DNA from: Gnetum montanum | Taxonomy: Eukaryota; Plantae; Gnetophyta | Direction: 5' to 3' | Assembly: GCA_015680685.1 (NCBI GenBank) | Contig: MNCI01001177.1 | Location: 391,266-455,265, forward strand | DNA length: 64,000 nucleotides | Part shown: piece after piece, positions 26,104-39,900 of the stretch | Position numbering within the stretch: position 1 is the first letter of the stretch | How the letters are laid out: each line of letters opens with the position of its first letter | Notes under the pieces: generated by a model | The model's database searches: none | What the model was told of the DNA's origin: nothing | Seen by the model: only the letters and a program-made list of their open reading frames with translations | Made by a program: the position numbers and the translations under genes

Positions 26104-26999
26104 TGATGAGCAATGAGGTACCCCTATGCTCAACCATATGAATATAAGCATTTCATGCACAATCCGGTCGAATTCCAAGGACCAAGTGCTTATGCATCCT
26201 TGTGAAACAAGGATGGGTTGGTTGATCGTTGTCTTCCCAAGCTTACCTGTATGTCACGTTTGTATGGTTAAGTAAGCTTGCGGCATATGATTTTTATAAC
26301 TTTTATGTTTTTATGTCCTACACTAGTAGGAAAGGAGAGAGGTAACTAATTTAACTTAACTACTCATTAACTAAGTTCTAACTAATCGTACCACCAACAT
26401 CTGTTCCCACTTGTCGTACACATCCTGAACTAGTACAACACTGCTAGGATTACCAAATGCTAATCATTACTAGGTTACCAACCGTTACACGCATGCTTGA
26501 AGTGCTCGTGCTTGTGTAATTTAACAATTTTAGTAATTGATCAAAATGAATTTTTCTGCTAATAACATAAATGTAAAGTGCATAAAATAAATGCATAAGA
26601 AAATAAAATAAAATAAATGTGTAAGAAAACAAATCTCAAGTGCTGTAAGGATGAATCAAAAAGCTCGTCTTTATCTCCAACACAATGGTGTGCTTAGGTA
26701 CATCAATGCTTGAATAAAGATCCATCCACACTTTGACCTCTTGCTACGGGCACTTGGAAAATACTCTAACTTTCAAATAGACTACAAGAGTTTCACTACT
26801 TGACCGCTAAAAGACTTCCTCCCAATTGTGTGCCTAGGCACTGTATTTATAAGCTTGGGAACAACTACTCTAATAATTAGAATAATTGCTAAAGTAACCA
26901 CTCTAATAATTAGAATAACTACTAGAGTAACCGCTAGAGTAACCACTTTAACAATTAGAATAGCTACTAGAGTAACCACTAGAGTAACTGCTCTCATCA
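26104..26999 (-). repeat. 3' LTR of C with internal 11/22-bp subrepeats
   Basis: Matches 36671-37378. Subrepeats agtaaccactctaataattaga at 26860-26995. Confidence 0.93.
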
Positions 27000-28899
27000 T
27001 ATCCGCACAGTTGAATGAAAACTTGTCCTTGAGTATAGAAGAAGAAACAAGTTCTTTATAAAATATATTAAGGGGATGTGGACTTATTTAACTGGCATGC
27101 AGAGTGACACAGAGAAAATAGACAAATACAGAAGTGCCCGAGCATACAATATTACAATTACATACAAAATTGGCATTCATGATAATTAGGAAAGAACACC
27201 AATGGATCCAAAGGACATCCAACCCCTCTTGGCAATAGAAGAATGAGGGAGAGGTAAAAGAGATCCAGTGGCCATGAACAATCTCCCATGAGTGATATGG
27301 TTGCATCCTTCTTGGTGATAACAGTCCTACTTCCAATGCATGCTTCCCACTGCAATCACAAAAAAAAATAAGGATTAGTATATATAATACATAAATAATG
27401 GCTAAATACCTTGTCTTGTTGATGGTTTTATCTAGCCAAGTTATGATTGTGATAGATTGCTTGCTTGATATTGTTAGTAGAAAGAGTGACGAATGGGTTA
27501 AATAACAGAAGCGATCCATACAATTCAGAGAAAGCTTGACACAAGGAGTAGTGGAAAGAGGGTATTCACAATAATAAAAAGGAATTCATTACAAATAGTT
27601 GTCAAAGTGCATACAATTTGGATGACATGGATAGGGTAAATAAAAAGAATTTAATTATAACAATGTCTAACGATAAAGAACTTAACTTAACCAAACCAAA
27701 AGATATGCAAGTGGGTCCTCCCCAAAGTAGGCTCATGTCCTTTATGCTTTGACAAACCCACAAACCAAAGAGTCTGTAGGCTCTAGGAATGTCATTTGGA
27801 TCAAGAGTTAAAAACTTACCCACAAGAATTCACCAAAGAAAAAAAATGCATCAACCTATAATGGACTAATGATTAAACTAGCAATGAGGTGGACAATGGG
27901 AAGAAAGATGGAGAGGAGAGAATGGAATGGAATCCCAAGAACAAGGTTGTGTAAAACCCCTTGTGTATTTCATGGTTAAGATAACTAAGTAGAACTCATC
28001 CCAAATCCAGACTCAAACCAACCACATTTAGTGACCTCGCATCAATACACTTGGCCAATCCATCCTCTTGAGACAACAAGAATGCTTTCACAAAGAGTGA
28101 CCACCATCCCAACGAGAGTGAGATGGAGAAGCAGGAACCGAGAAAGGGCCTTAGTTAGAGGGAACCTTCAGGCATGGATAACATGTCTTTCTAGTGCCAT
28201 AACCAGTGCTTGTAGCCCATATTGCTTTATTATGTCTAAAGGGTGTGCTTTGAATTCTCACATTTTTCTCTCTTTTTTTTCTCTCTCTCTCTCTTTTTGA
28301 TGCATGAGAACCCCACCATGCACAGACTTATTTTTATTCACTCAGCTTCCTAATATTTGAAAAATGTCAGAACGGTGAAAAACCCAAGAAAAAGCATCCA
28401 AGCACCCAAGAGAATGGCTAGCACCAATGCATCGAATCCCCTTGAAGTCACACCCTTTTCATCCTTTGAGTTTTTCCTTCGTTTGAAAAATACCCAGCCA
28501 CCAATTCATCAATAAGTTTACTTAGAAAAAGGGATAAATATAGTTCCAAGCCAAAGGAGACCATAGAGTTGTATGGATGAGTGGACGGTGTGGACTCATT
28601 ACCTATTTTACCAAAAGAACAATACCTTAATATCAGCATCATAATTCAAAGGTAAAAATCAAATATTAGCAATCAATATGATATAATTCAATCCACCATC
28701 ATGAGCACTTATTAGATGATGAATAAAAGTAAATTAATCAAACAAAGAAACAGTAAAAACATGAAACATGGTGTAAAACAAAAAAAAATGTGTAAAACAA
28801 AAATTTAAAAAGAACTGAGGGCCTAGAACGGTTAGCATAGGTGGCCATCTCCCCCACGACTAAGTTGGAAGGAGGAGATCTAAAATACTTAGCAGGGTT

Positions 28900-31800
28900 T
28901 TCCATCAAGAGAGGTAGTATGTGTATTGGCTATCCTAAGCTTCTGGAGAGGTTTGATTTGTTGCACGTTGACCAAAAGTTTCTTATCTAGGCTCTCAGGT
29001 TTGTATATTGTCATGGCCCCTAAAGGAAAATTTTCATAAATAATATTAGGTCCTTCCCACAGTGTTTAAAATTTAGTACGTTGTGGCACATATGTGGTGA
29101 AACACCGTGGAAACTGCAAATCGGCCTAAGGCGAACATTCACGATTCAGTTGAAAAGTTTGCGATAGAAATCCAGAAAACAGAACAAGGCAAAGAGGCGC
29201 GCAACATCAAGTCTCCAAGTCTCTTACAGATTTCCACCTTACTTTGTTTTCTCTCTTTACGCTACATTANTTTTCTTCATGGCTGAGTTTACGCTTCATT
29301 ACGTAGAGTAGCGTAACGAGCTTCAAGGAAAGCAAAGTCAGAGTCCAAGGAAGCACAGCAGATTGATTTCTTCTTTTTTGTAGATTGGTCGCTTTACGCT
29401 AATTACGCTACGTAGCGTAGGCAAGAGTAATTTATTGTAAATTTGACCATTTTTACGCTCTATTACGCTTTTCGGCATAAAGGAGCGTAAAATAGCTTGA
29501 ATCAACTACTTCCATGCTCTGTTACACTCTGCCACGTGACACAGCGTAAACGAGCATAATACAGCCTAAAGCCAGCTAAAGCAGTACCAGATACGCACCT
29601 GTTATCTACACGCACAATACGCTGATGAGCGTATTGTGCGTAATCATGAAGCGGCTTCAGCGGAAGTGGTTGACAGCGTACTTTGCCCCCTTTTCCAAAA
29701 GACGTGATGCGACATGACCAGTTTCAAAATAAAGTTTTCCAAGTCAACGGTATTTTGAAGGTTGAGACACGTGTCATCAGGACCGTGCCTTCTCCACGTA
29801 CTACCGAACCTATAAATACTCCAGTTGGCAAAGATCTAAAGGGGGGATGATTTTGGGCTCTTTTGGCAACATCACCTTTTAGCAGACACAGAAGGCATTT
29901 GCTTGAGCATTGGTAGCTGAGCATTGGAAATAGGAGCGATCAGTCCTTTAGCGAAAATACAGTTCTTTCCATTGGCGATCATTGGCAATTTTGAGCAGAG
30001 ACTACCCAAGGAAAAGGAAGCAGATCAGAGATCGAGAGATTGTCTGGTGCGGTCGACAGGATCTATTGATCAAAAGCAGTTGATCGATAGACATCCAAGC
30101 TTGACCATCCTTGCATCCCATCTTTGGCTTACGAGGTAGACCGAGCTTCATTCTGTACTCCGTGTTGAACAGTTTTCTTGTTATTTTGTGTATTCTTCGT
30201 ACAAGATAAGCGGAGTTTTCCATTGGAACTTTGTATACAATATACTCAGTCTCCGGGTCAAAACATAGATCTTGGAATTGCGCATTCGTCTTAAATCCGA
30301 TCCTCCTTGTCGCGTTGACGTTTCTGTTATTTCAATTCATTTACATCGTTTTCTACTCCTTTTACAGTTCATCAAATCAAATTGTTTCGCGGAATATCTA
30401 ATACACATATTATCGCAATATTTGTTAATTTACTGATTGAGTAAGTCCCTGTCTGATTGACAAGACCGTTCAGGGCACCGCGGATTCGTTTTCTCCAGCA
30501 CGGCCCTCACACGGATCCATGGTTAAGACTGTGTACACGGGTTTCGTTTGGTATTTTCCAGCGATCGATGTTTTCCGTCGTTACATGTGGGATTCCAGTA
30601 GAGAACCTTATCTCCTGGCTGATATTTAACTTTTCTAATTCTTAGGTCATGACATTATTTATTGAAGGCCTTGTGCAATTTGTTAAATGATAGGGCAGCT
30701 AATCGGTTTTCACCTAGCAAGTTAAGGGTTACTAACCATTGTTTTTGTGCTAGATAAAAAGGTCAAGGTTGAGGTCACATGTTGTGGATAGTATACGAAG
30801 CTCAGCTTGAATGGGAAGCATTAGTAATTTACCATACACTAACTCATAGGGAGAGTAGCCTATAGGGAGTTTCCATGTGGAGCGATATGCCCAAAGAGCA
30901 TCATTCAGTTTAGTGCTCTAGTCTTGCCTAAACTTGCTAATGGTTCTTATTAATATCTTTGTAATCTCCCTGTTGGTGACTTCTACTTGACTGTTCGCTT
31001 GGGGGTGGTATGGTGTAGTCAATTTATGCTCAACCCCTCAGTGTTGCATTAATTTCTGAAAAGTTGCACTGTGAAGTATGTACCATTATCTAAAATAAGT
31101 GCACATGGCACACCAAACCTGTTTATGATTTTTTGTTGAAAAAATCGTGCAGCTGTAGATGATGTACAATCTTTAACAGCAGCTGCTTCAGCCCATTTTG
31201 TTAGGTAATCAATAGCAACAATAATATAAGCTTTTCCATTGGACATTGGTGTAATCGGCCCCATAAAATCAATTCTCCAAATGTTGAAGGGTTCTAATGG
31301 TTGAATCCATTATTGCAGACCCTCCATTCTAGTAGTCATTCCCCTATCATGTTGACAATGCTCGCAAGATTGGACGAAATGATGGGCATCCCAAAATAAT
31401 GTAGGCCAATAATATACTACAAGCAGGATCTTGATGGTCGTTCATCTTCCAGCATAATGACCCCCACAAGGACCCTCATGAGTGTCTTGGAGAACTCACA
31501 ATCGATCTATATCGGGAACACACCATTGAACCAAGCCATCAGGACACACCTTGTAAAGTTTCCCATTGATCTCCATAAAGTACTTGGCTTGGTGAAGAAA
31601 CTGTTGTTTCTTCTTAAGGTTTAACTCTTATGGTGTTTTTTGGGTGAGGAGATAGGTAAGAATGCTACTATACCAGTTTATCTCTGTGGGTGATTGATTA
31701 TTCACTACACCCACAAAGAGGAATTCATTAGGGAAATGATCAAAAATTGGATACTCATCCTCTTTGTTGTCCCATCAAAATCGAGATAAATGATCACCAA

Positions 31801-34800
31801 CTACATTCTCAGTGCCCTTGCGATCGATCATTGTTAAATCAAACTCTTGTAATATTACAAGCCATCGTATGATATGAGGGCTTACCATTGGCTTATTCAT
31901 GAGGAACTGAACTGCACTATGATTTGTATGTGTATATACTTTATATCCCAATACATAGTGTCTAAACTTTTCTAGTGCAAACACTACAGCCATTAATTCT
32001 TTCTCTATGGTAGTGTAGTTAAGTTATGCACCAACGATACTTCTACTTGCACATTAGATGTAATAACAAGACTTCTGGTCATCTAACTGTGTAAGTATGA
32101 CTCATAAAGCATAGTTGGACACATCAGTCATGATATGGAATGGTTTGGACTAGTCAGTAGCTTGTAGAGTGGGTATTCACATTCCCTGGTCCACTCGAAA
32201 GGTACATCCTTTTTCGTTAATTCCACCAATGGTTTGGCAACCTTTGAAAAGTTCTCAATAAATCTCCTATACTAGCCAATATGTCCAAAGAATGACTGAA
32301 TATGTTTGACAGTTTTCAATTGATGGGTAATTCCTTGGATAATTGTGATTTTCTTAGGGTCTACCTCTATCCCTATGTGTGAGATTTTATGCCCTAGTAC
32401 AATGCCTTCTTGGACCATCAAATGGCTTTTCTGCTAGTTGAGCATTAAATTGGTTTCTACACATCTTTTTAACACTTGCTCCAACCGATCCAAGGCTTGA
32501 TCAAATTTTTCTCCATAAGTGGAGAAGTCGTCCATAAAGACCTCCACGCCATTCCCTATCTACTATTGGAATATGCTTAGAACTAGTTGTTGAAATGTTT
32601 TAGGGGCATTGCACAAGCCAAACGTCATCTATTTGTATATGAACGTTCCCCAAGGACTGGTGAACATAGTCTTGGCTTGGTCTTCTAGGGCTATTTGTAT
32701 TTGGTTATATCCACTATATCCATCTAGAAAACTGTAATAGTGATGCCATGCAATGGTGTCTAAGACTTGGTCGACAAATGGCAATGGAAAGTGATCTTTG
32801 AATGTTTCCATATTTAGTAGCTTGAAATCTATGCACACTCTCCATTTTCCTTCCTTTTTAGGCACAATAACTAAAGGGCTAACCCATTTGCTATTAGCAA
32901 TAGGGTATATGAACCCAACCTTGAGAAGCTATTCGATTTCTTCCTTAACTACTTGCTTCAGCTTAGGGTTCAATCGCCTCTGCGGTTGTCTTCAAGGCTT
33001 CATGGAGGGGTCAGTGTAAATTCTATGTTGGCATATCCTAGGATCTATTCCAGTTAATTCATGATATGACCAAGCGAAGGCTTCCAACCATTTATTTATT
33101 ACCTTCAGCAGTTCTTCTTTTTATTGAGGAGCAAGCTTAGCATTGATAATTACTGGTTTTTCATTTTTAAGGAACATGTATTCCATACCAGTGGGCAATG
33201 GTTTCAGCTTGAGGGGTCTTGCTTAAATTTCTCAGGGATTTTCAACTTTCCCTAGTTGATATTTTCAAGGTTAATACTTGGAAGTTGGAGATGGACTTGC
33301 TCTAATGAGTCTATGCTATCGATGTAAGCATAAGTCAAACCGTCAATTGGTTTCATGCATATAAGTGAACTGCTCTCTTAATCATCTATCAGCCACAGGG
33401 TTTCTTCCTATCATGTGGCTGCTGCATACAGGCATTTTTATATGTTCATCACTTATGCACACTGATTGCATGTAGGTAATGCTAAACTTTGCACAAACCA
33501 TAATCTCTACACGTAATTACACCCTGTGTCACTATATTTGATGCACAGAACTTTTTTATTTTTGATCTTTCCGAATGTATTTTCCTTTGATATTTCTAGG
33601 CAAAGATCGCGGATTCCTAGGCATGCGTTGATGGTGCTTAGCCATGCTCTTCCCATTATGATTGGGAAGTCCCCATTACTATTGTTTACCTAAATTACTA
33701 GGAAGTCAACTGGGTACAACCACCCACAAACAATGGTAACAATGTCTTCCAGCAATCCCAATGGGACAGTGATGGACTGGTCGGCCAACTCTAGACGGAT
33801 GTTGCTTTTTTTCAATGGAGGCAGGTTCTAGGCCATGTACATTTCTTGAGCAATCAAGTTAACACCAGAACCTGAATCCAAAAGAGCCTTGCCTGGCACA
33901 TTTCTTGTGATTTGTAAGTATATCAGAGGACTCCCAAGATCAAAGAATTTCCTAGGAAGGTGACCAGCTTTGATCCAATCGATGACGACATGTGTTAGCA
34001 TGACCATATGCGTTGAGTGTGGTGATTGGGTTGAAGGGGGTTCCCAAGTTTTGATTGATACTGAGGCATCTAAGGAATCAACTACTTGTGATTGTAAGGA
34101 ATTGGTTGAACTATTGGTTCTAAAGAAAGGTCTTTTCTTTATGTGGTTCTTGAAACCAATAGTAGGTTGAGAGTTCACAACCCTCGTTGCATTACGTTGC
34201 TACAGTTGGGTAGGGATTTCACCTTGCATCACGGGAGCAAGTGGTAGTGCAGTTATTAGTGGAAGATATGTGGTTGGATGAGAAGGATGATATGCTTGTG
34301 GAATATTACTTCTAGAAGAGGGAGTCCCATAATACTCAAGAGCTTGGTAGTGAGGTTGAGGAGTGATGTGACCAGTAGAGTCACATGGGGAGATTGGCTA
34401 CTGCACGTAATATCCATACAGGTCAGGTTGCCGGTAAGGATACTATTGCCTTGGTGGTGGTATTTCCCATGATTGTGGGTGTTGCCACTGTTGATATTGC
34501 TCAATCGGTTGTGGTGGAGTTTTACTAGGATAATATGTTAAGGGTTGGTGAAACTGCCTTGGGTTACCTTGAGGATAAGGTAACCTTCAAGGTGTTTTCC
34601 TTTTGTTTAAATCTTGGGTTGAGTGCATACAACCCAAACTTCTGCAGATGTGAGATTATAGGGCAACATCCCTTAGGATGGTCATTTTGACATATCTCAC
34701 ATCCACTATCATTATCTGTTTATGAATCCAAAACCTCTTCAATGATGGAAACTTTGCCCTTACCCTTGCTACATGCATGTTCAGCCTCTTTCTTTTTTCT

Positions 34801-36400
34801 TTTCTCAGTACCTTGCTCTCTAGACTCCTCTACTATTTTAAGAATAGTTTGAAATCTATTGTCGAGGGAATCCCACATTTGGTCTACCTTTGCCAAAACT
34901 TCTGATGTCATCTTTTGGATGGGGAAAGTTTTCCTATTCACCATCTCTTCAAGTGGTGACTCTTCTTCATCCTCACAAAATCTTACTCCCCTCTTCCGAA
35001 GGGAAGGATCTCGGTTATACTCTTCCACACTTTCTCTCTTCCGTAGCTCACCTTCTTCGTTAGCAACTTGCTCCAATAGTCTTTGAATTTGATGGGACCT
35101 AAGCTCAGATAGTCTACCTTGGGCATAAGTCCCAAGGGTTCTTCTCATTTCATGCCTAAGCCCATCCATGTGATGGCACAGTTGATCCCTTTGAGAATAA
35201 CCATAGCTAGGACAACAATGTAACAGTGCATAGTATCAGCCCATGGCAGCATCCAAGAGTTCATGTCCTCCTTGTTTCCAGCCTTGGATTTGCTTTGGCA
35301 AGTTAGACACTCGAGAGTACATTTGGTACTTGTCATTAAATAGTTCTAACATAGTACTCCATCTACAAATGGATTTCGATTCTAAAGACCGGTACCAGCT
35401 TTCTGCTTCTTTAACTAATGTCCATGGGAACAACTTAAGTTTTTTTCATTCATTCTCTATGTTCTATAAAGCACATGCATCATGGAATGCTTGTAAATGA
35501 TTCTAAGGATCAGTGTTGTATCCCCCTTCAAATCATGGGATCTTGTTCATATCTAATCTCTTGATCCTACTATCTTTCTAATGCCTTGTTGGAATTCTAA
35601 TAGCCTCAGTTATGTCCAACACACTTCTAGTAGTGAGGAGGGGTTCATCGTCATCGTCTCGTCCATGGCATCTATGATGCCTACGTTGTTCCCTACTCTC
35701 CCTTCTTCTATGTCGTAACTCTCTAAAGTGTCCTCGTCCCCTTTCCTGGTTGTTTCATCTATGACTTCCACTTTACCTACCTTTATCCCCATGGTATTTT
35801 TCTTTGTGACTGCATCTGGATATTGAAGGAGAGGTAGAAGGAGATGATGAAGGTGAAGAATAAGGAGAACTGTCACCATGATGATGTCTGCTACCTTCTC
35901 TTCTGCAATCTCAGCCCCGATCTCTATTGTGATTAGAATGTCCATCTTTATCATGAGTTCGTATCCCTTTTTTGAACCCTTTGTGCTTGTGGGTATCAGA
36001 ACCTGGGTTATGAATAGTGGAATGAAGGTTCTAATACACAACCCCTTGGCCAAAGTCAAGGGGAGGAACATCGTTGTGTGGGTGATTGGCTGAGGTAGGT
36101 TCACCACCCTCATTTTCACTTAAGATATGTGGGGCATACTAGGACCACTTACCCTTTAAAGACTTATGATGTCTCTCCTATTGCAAGTTCCTTTAACGTT
36201 GTGCCTCTATGGGATGGTATTCTCTCGAGCCATGGTCTTGCACAAGGTATTCTGCATGTAAGTGCGGCATGCCAATTCATGTGAGAGCATGAAGAAGCAT
36301 GCTCAAGATTGAGTGATCAGGAGGTAACACTATCTTACCTTCTAAGTCTCGTTAACGCAGTTGTTCATCTTAATGGAGGATAAAGATGAATTCTAGTATA
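28900..36400 (-). pseudogene. pol: Decayed gag-PR-RT-RH-INT of C (integrase split by solo LTR F)
   Basis: gag LFPWTLVKEAESWYRSL; protease KALLDSGSGVNLI; RT KWRVCIDFK..DHFPLPFVDQVL..SFLDGYSGYNQI..EVFMDDFS; RH AVVFALEKFRHY..ENVVGDHLSR; [27 protein letters not shown]. Confidence 0.93.
29098..30585 (+). mobile_element. Element F: young solo LTR related to the A family
   Basis: tgaaacacc...gttaca with TSD TGTGG (29093-29097 and 30586-30590). TATAAATA at 29811. The 3' end is homologous to the A LTR (acaagaccgttcagggcacc..ggccctca..). CpGs are retained. One n at 29270. Confidence 0.93.
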
Positions 36401-36670
36401 TACTCATCAGGATGAATATATACCACTCGAACTTGTTGAGGGATTGGCGGATCAATGTCATGTGTATTACATTGCTGATTGTTTCCTATTTCAGACCTAG
36501 GCGGTGAAGTGCTTTCATACGAAGAAGAAGACATACTTGTCTGTTCAGTGTGCAATGTATTCTTTTTTATTATTTTCTCAACCAATCCTAAGGGTTTGTT
36601 CCAATGATGTGAATGATTTCCTATGTTCTAGTTAGTGCACAAACAACTAAGTCCCTAGCAACAACACCAA

Positions 36671-37378
36671 TGATGAGCGGCGAGGTACCCCTATGCTCAA
36701 CCATACAAATACGAGCATTTCACACACGATCTGGTTGAATTCGAAGGACTAAGTGCTAATGCGCCCTTGTGGAATAAGGATGGGTTGGTTGATCATTTTC
36801 TTCCCAAGCTTACCTGTATGTCACGATTGTATGATTAAGTAAGCTTGAGGCATATGATTTTTATAGCTTTTATGTTTTTATGTCCTGAACTAGTAGGGAA
36901 AGAGAGAGGTAACTAAGTGACTAATTTAACTTAACTACTCATTAAATAAGTTCTAACTAATCCTAACACCAACATCTGTTCCCNCAAGTACTATAAGAAT
37001 GAAGCAAAAAGCTCGTCTTTATCGCCAACACAATGGTGTGCCCAGGTACATCAATGCTTGAATAAAGATCTGTCCATACTTTGACCTCCTACTGCAGGCA
37101 CTTGGAAAATACTCTAACTTTCAAAAAAACTACAAGAGTTTCGCTACTTGACTTCTAAAAGACTTCCTCCAAATTGTGCATCTGGGCACTGTATTCATAG
37201 GCTTGGGAGAAACTACTCTAATAATTAGAGTAACCACTCTAATAATTAGAATAACTACTAAAGTAACCACTAGAATAACCACTCTAATAATTAGAAACTA
37301 CTAGAGTAGCCGCTAGAGTAACCACTCTAATAATTAAAATAACTACTAGAGTAACCGCTAGAGTAATTGCTCTCATCA
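36671..37378 (-). repeat. 5' LTR of C
   Basis: Matches 26104-26999 except for ~228 bp missing at the n at 36984. Confidence 0.92.
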
Positions 37379-37690
37379 CGGATGATTAGGGATGGATGCT
37401 CATCGCACTTATGCTAGCTTAGATCTTATTTTCTATTACTTATTAGCTTAATTAAGTTATTTCTCATTGTCCTTAGGAGTAGCATAGTAGTAGAAACCAC
37501 ATCATACACCTCACTTTGGACTAATCATACGTGACAAAGCAAACACTCGTCCAAGTGGAAAGACAACAAACTGCAATCAACATATAACTATCTAGGTTCC
37601 ATAACTAGTCCATCCGTGGAGTTCAAATGGATCATGCATACATGCTCATATTCGTATGGTTGAGTGTCGGGGTACTTCACAGCACATCAT

Positions 37691-37709
37691 TGGCACTGTT
37701 ACCAAGGAT
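37691..37709 (+). promoter_or_regulatory. PBS of D (tRNA-Asp type)
   Basis: tggcactgttaccaaggat is a deaminated TGGCGCCGTTGCCGGGGAT, 1 nt after the LTR end catca. Confidence 0.8.
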
Positions 37710-37819
37710 GGTGCTAGTTATCTAGATTAGTTACATCATACAAGATTGTTGTAATAGGGTATTAATGATATCTCTTTTAGATAAAGAAATTAAATTCAAT
37801 TAAGTCACACATAATTCAT

Positions 37820-39900
37820 GACAATGTCTCTCTCACAAGATAATGATAGCATAACACCTAACGAGGAAATTCATTAGAGAACCAATGAAATTTATGATGA
37901 AGAAGAAGTTTGAAGTACTCAATCTTATGCAGGAGTTTCATATGTTCATTAACACACCAATGATACTCAAGAACTCTTGTCATCCAACCCAAACACCTCT
38001 AGTGAAGATGAGACATCTCCTAAAATAGGGGGTCCATAGGGATGATTGGGATACTTACAAAAGTCATGACGAGTCCTTTAGTTCCCTCTCTTCCTCTGCT
38101 CTTTCAACATTAAGTTGTGACATAGATTACTATTCCTTAAGGGGTCAGCATAGAAATAAAAATTGAACCCACGAGCAAATTCAAGAATGCTAATATGAAC
38201 ATAAGCAACGTTGTCCCAATTCATGAACTTATAACTCATTTAGCAACAATGAACCCCTGCTGGCCACTAAGAGCCTAATGCGTATAACAAAGGCCATTCA
38301 GATATCCCATAAGCATTGCAAGGAAAGTCATCTACCCAGGCTTGATTTAAACAACTTTCCTAAGTTATCAGGAGGCTATGATTTAGATCTGTAACACCAT
38401 TTACAAGCCTTCTATGATGCTTGTGTATGGAATAACATTAAAAATGGGTGGTAAAGGCTTAAGCTCTTCCCTATGACACTCGCTGGCTAAGCTAAAGTAT
38501 GGTATAGGTCTTTAAAACCAAATTCAATTCGCCATTGGCCTACTACAATGGTGAAACTCTTCAATGAAAGATATCAAACCTGTGCAAGAGTGTCAGCCTT
38601 GAGGAGACAAATCCAAGAGTGGAAATAAGGGCAACATGAACCCTTGGACATGGCCTTAGAAAGATATTACTCTTTGTTAAAGAAATTCTCAGGCCATGGG
38701 TTCTCTAAGGAAAGGCTAATGTGTCATATCACATCATGGATGGGCTCCATAATGAAATTAGGAAGACCCTAGGGATGTATGCCCTAGGTCAACTATATAA
38801 ACTACAAACCCACCAATTCCAAGAGCTTATTAAGCAAGTAGAAAAAGAAGAAGGATAAATAGCCAAATGGGAGAATGTTGAAAGATCTCAACATGACCAA
38901 ACTCTTAAAGTAATGAAGGCCCATAATCATGAAGAGGAGAAATCAACTCACCTCAAGGAGGTGGAACCATCCCTATCTTTTCCAATACTAAAATCACTAG
39001 ATGAAATTGAGGCAAAGATCAATAAGATGACGGAGTGGGTACATGAAAAATGTGGAGAATATGCAAACATTATTAGAGGGAGAACCACGCAAGATAACTC
39101 TAACAACCAGAACAAACAAAGGATACTAAACCTAGAAACAGGATAGAACACCATTTAACAATTGGAAAGAAGGGCTGAAGAAAATAAGGATAGGGGCTTA
39201 ATTGCAAATCATAAGTATCAATGCAATGTTTTCCTATACGATCATCCCAAAGGCCAATGTCCAATCTTGTTACATCTACATGAGCATTGGGGAAGAATGT
39301 TACATCCAGATTTCGTATAGAAGTACCATGTTCAACTGCGATGGCAAAACCCCCAGTTATGGGGAGGCCATCACCAAACTAGCCATACCCTTCATATCAC
39401 TCAAAAGAAAGTTCCTATTATGTTCAACATCCTATTTTTCCAATTGGATCAATATCCTCTGCTTCACCTAATCATTATCATTCTTCTGAGTATCATCAAC
39501 CCATATCCCCTCCTATTGGATCACCACCTCATGTTCCTTACACTTCTCCTTACTCTCAATATTCTCATCCTTCACCTCCTTCTACATTGCCACCAATTGT
39601 ACCAAAAGGTTTTTCACCACAGCACTAATGAACAAACATTACTTGTGCTGCTATTAACAATAGTAATCGGAGTCCTCCACAACATCAAAAGCATTCTTTC
39701 CTTAAGCATGGCCATAGAAAGAGATAGCACGGTTCTAAGACTATTACATCTTCCAACTCAGTACAAGCCCAACACTATGATGCATCTTCCTCTTCAAACT
39801 TAACACCTCCTGTTACCTTATCCAGGCCACCAATTAACACTCCAACAACCATGTGGCCTAATGAATATAACAACATGCGAAGACATATCAATCCTTGCAT
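37820..39900 (+). pseudogene. gag: Decayed gag of D
   Basis: HLQAFYDAC..LKLFPMTLAG*AKVWYRSLKPNSIRHW..KLFNERYQ, homologous to C gag. CNVF..DHPKGQCP knuckle near 39220-39260. Confidence 0.85.

Larger units (their letters stand above)
26104..37378 (-). mobile_element. Element C: Athila-type gag-pol LTR retrotransposon, inverted inside D's 5' LTR
   Basis: TSD CGGAT at 26099-26103 and 37379-37383. LTRs 26104..26999 and 36671..37378. Minus-strand PBS tggtgttgttgctagggac at 36651-36669 (decayed TGGCGCCGTTGCCGGGGA, tRNA-Asp type as in Athila). Confidence 0.94.

Noticed and set aside
36984-36984. 228-bp deletion in C's 5' LTR
   Set aside because: It coincides exactly with an n, so it is likely an assembly gap rather than biology.
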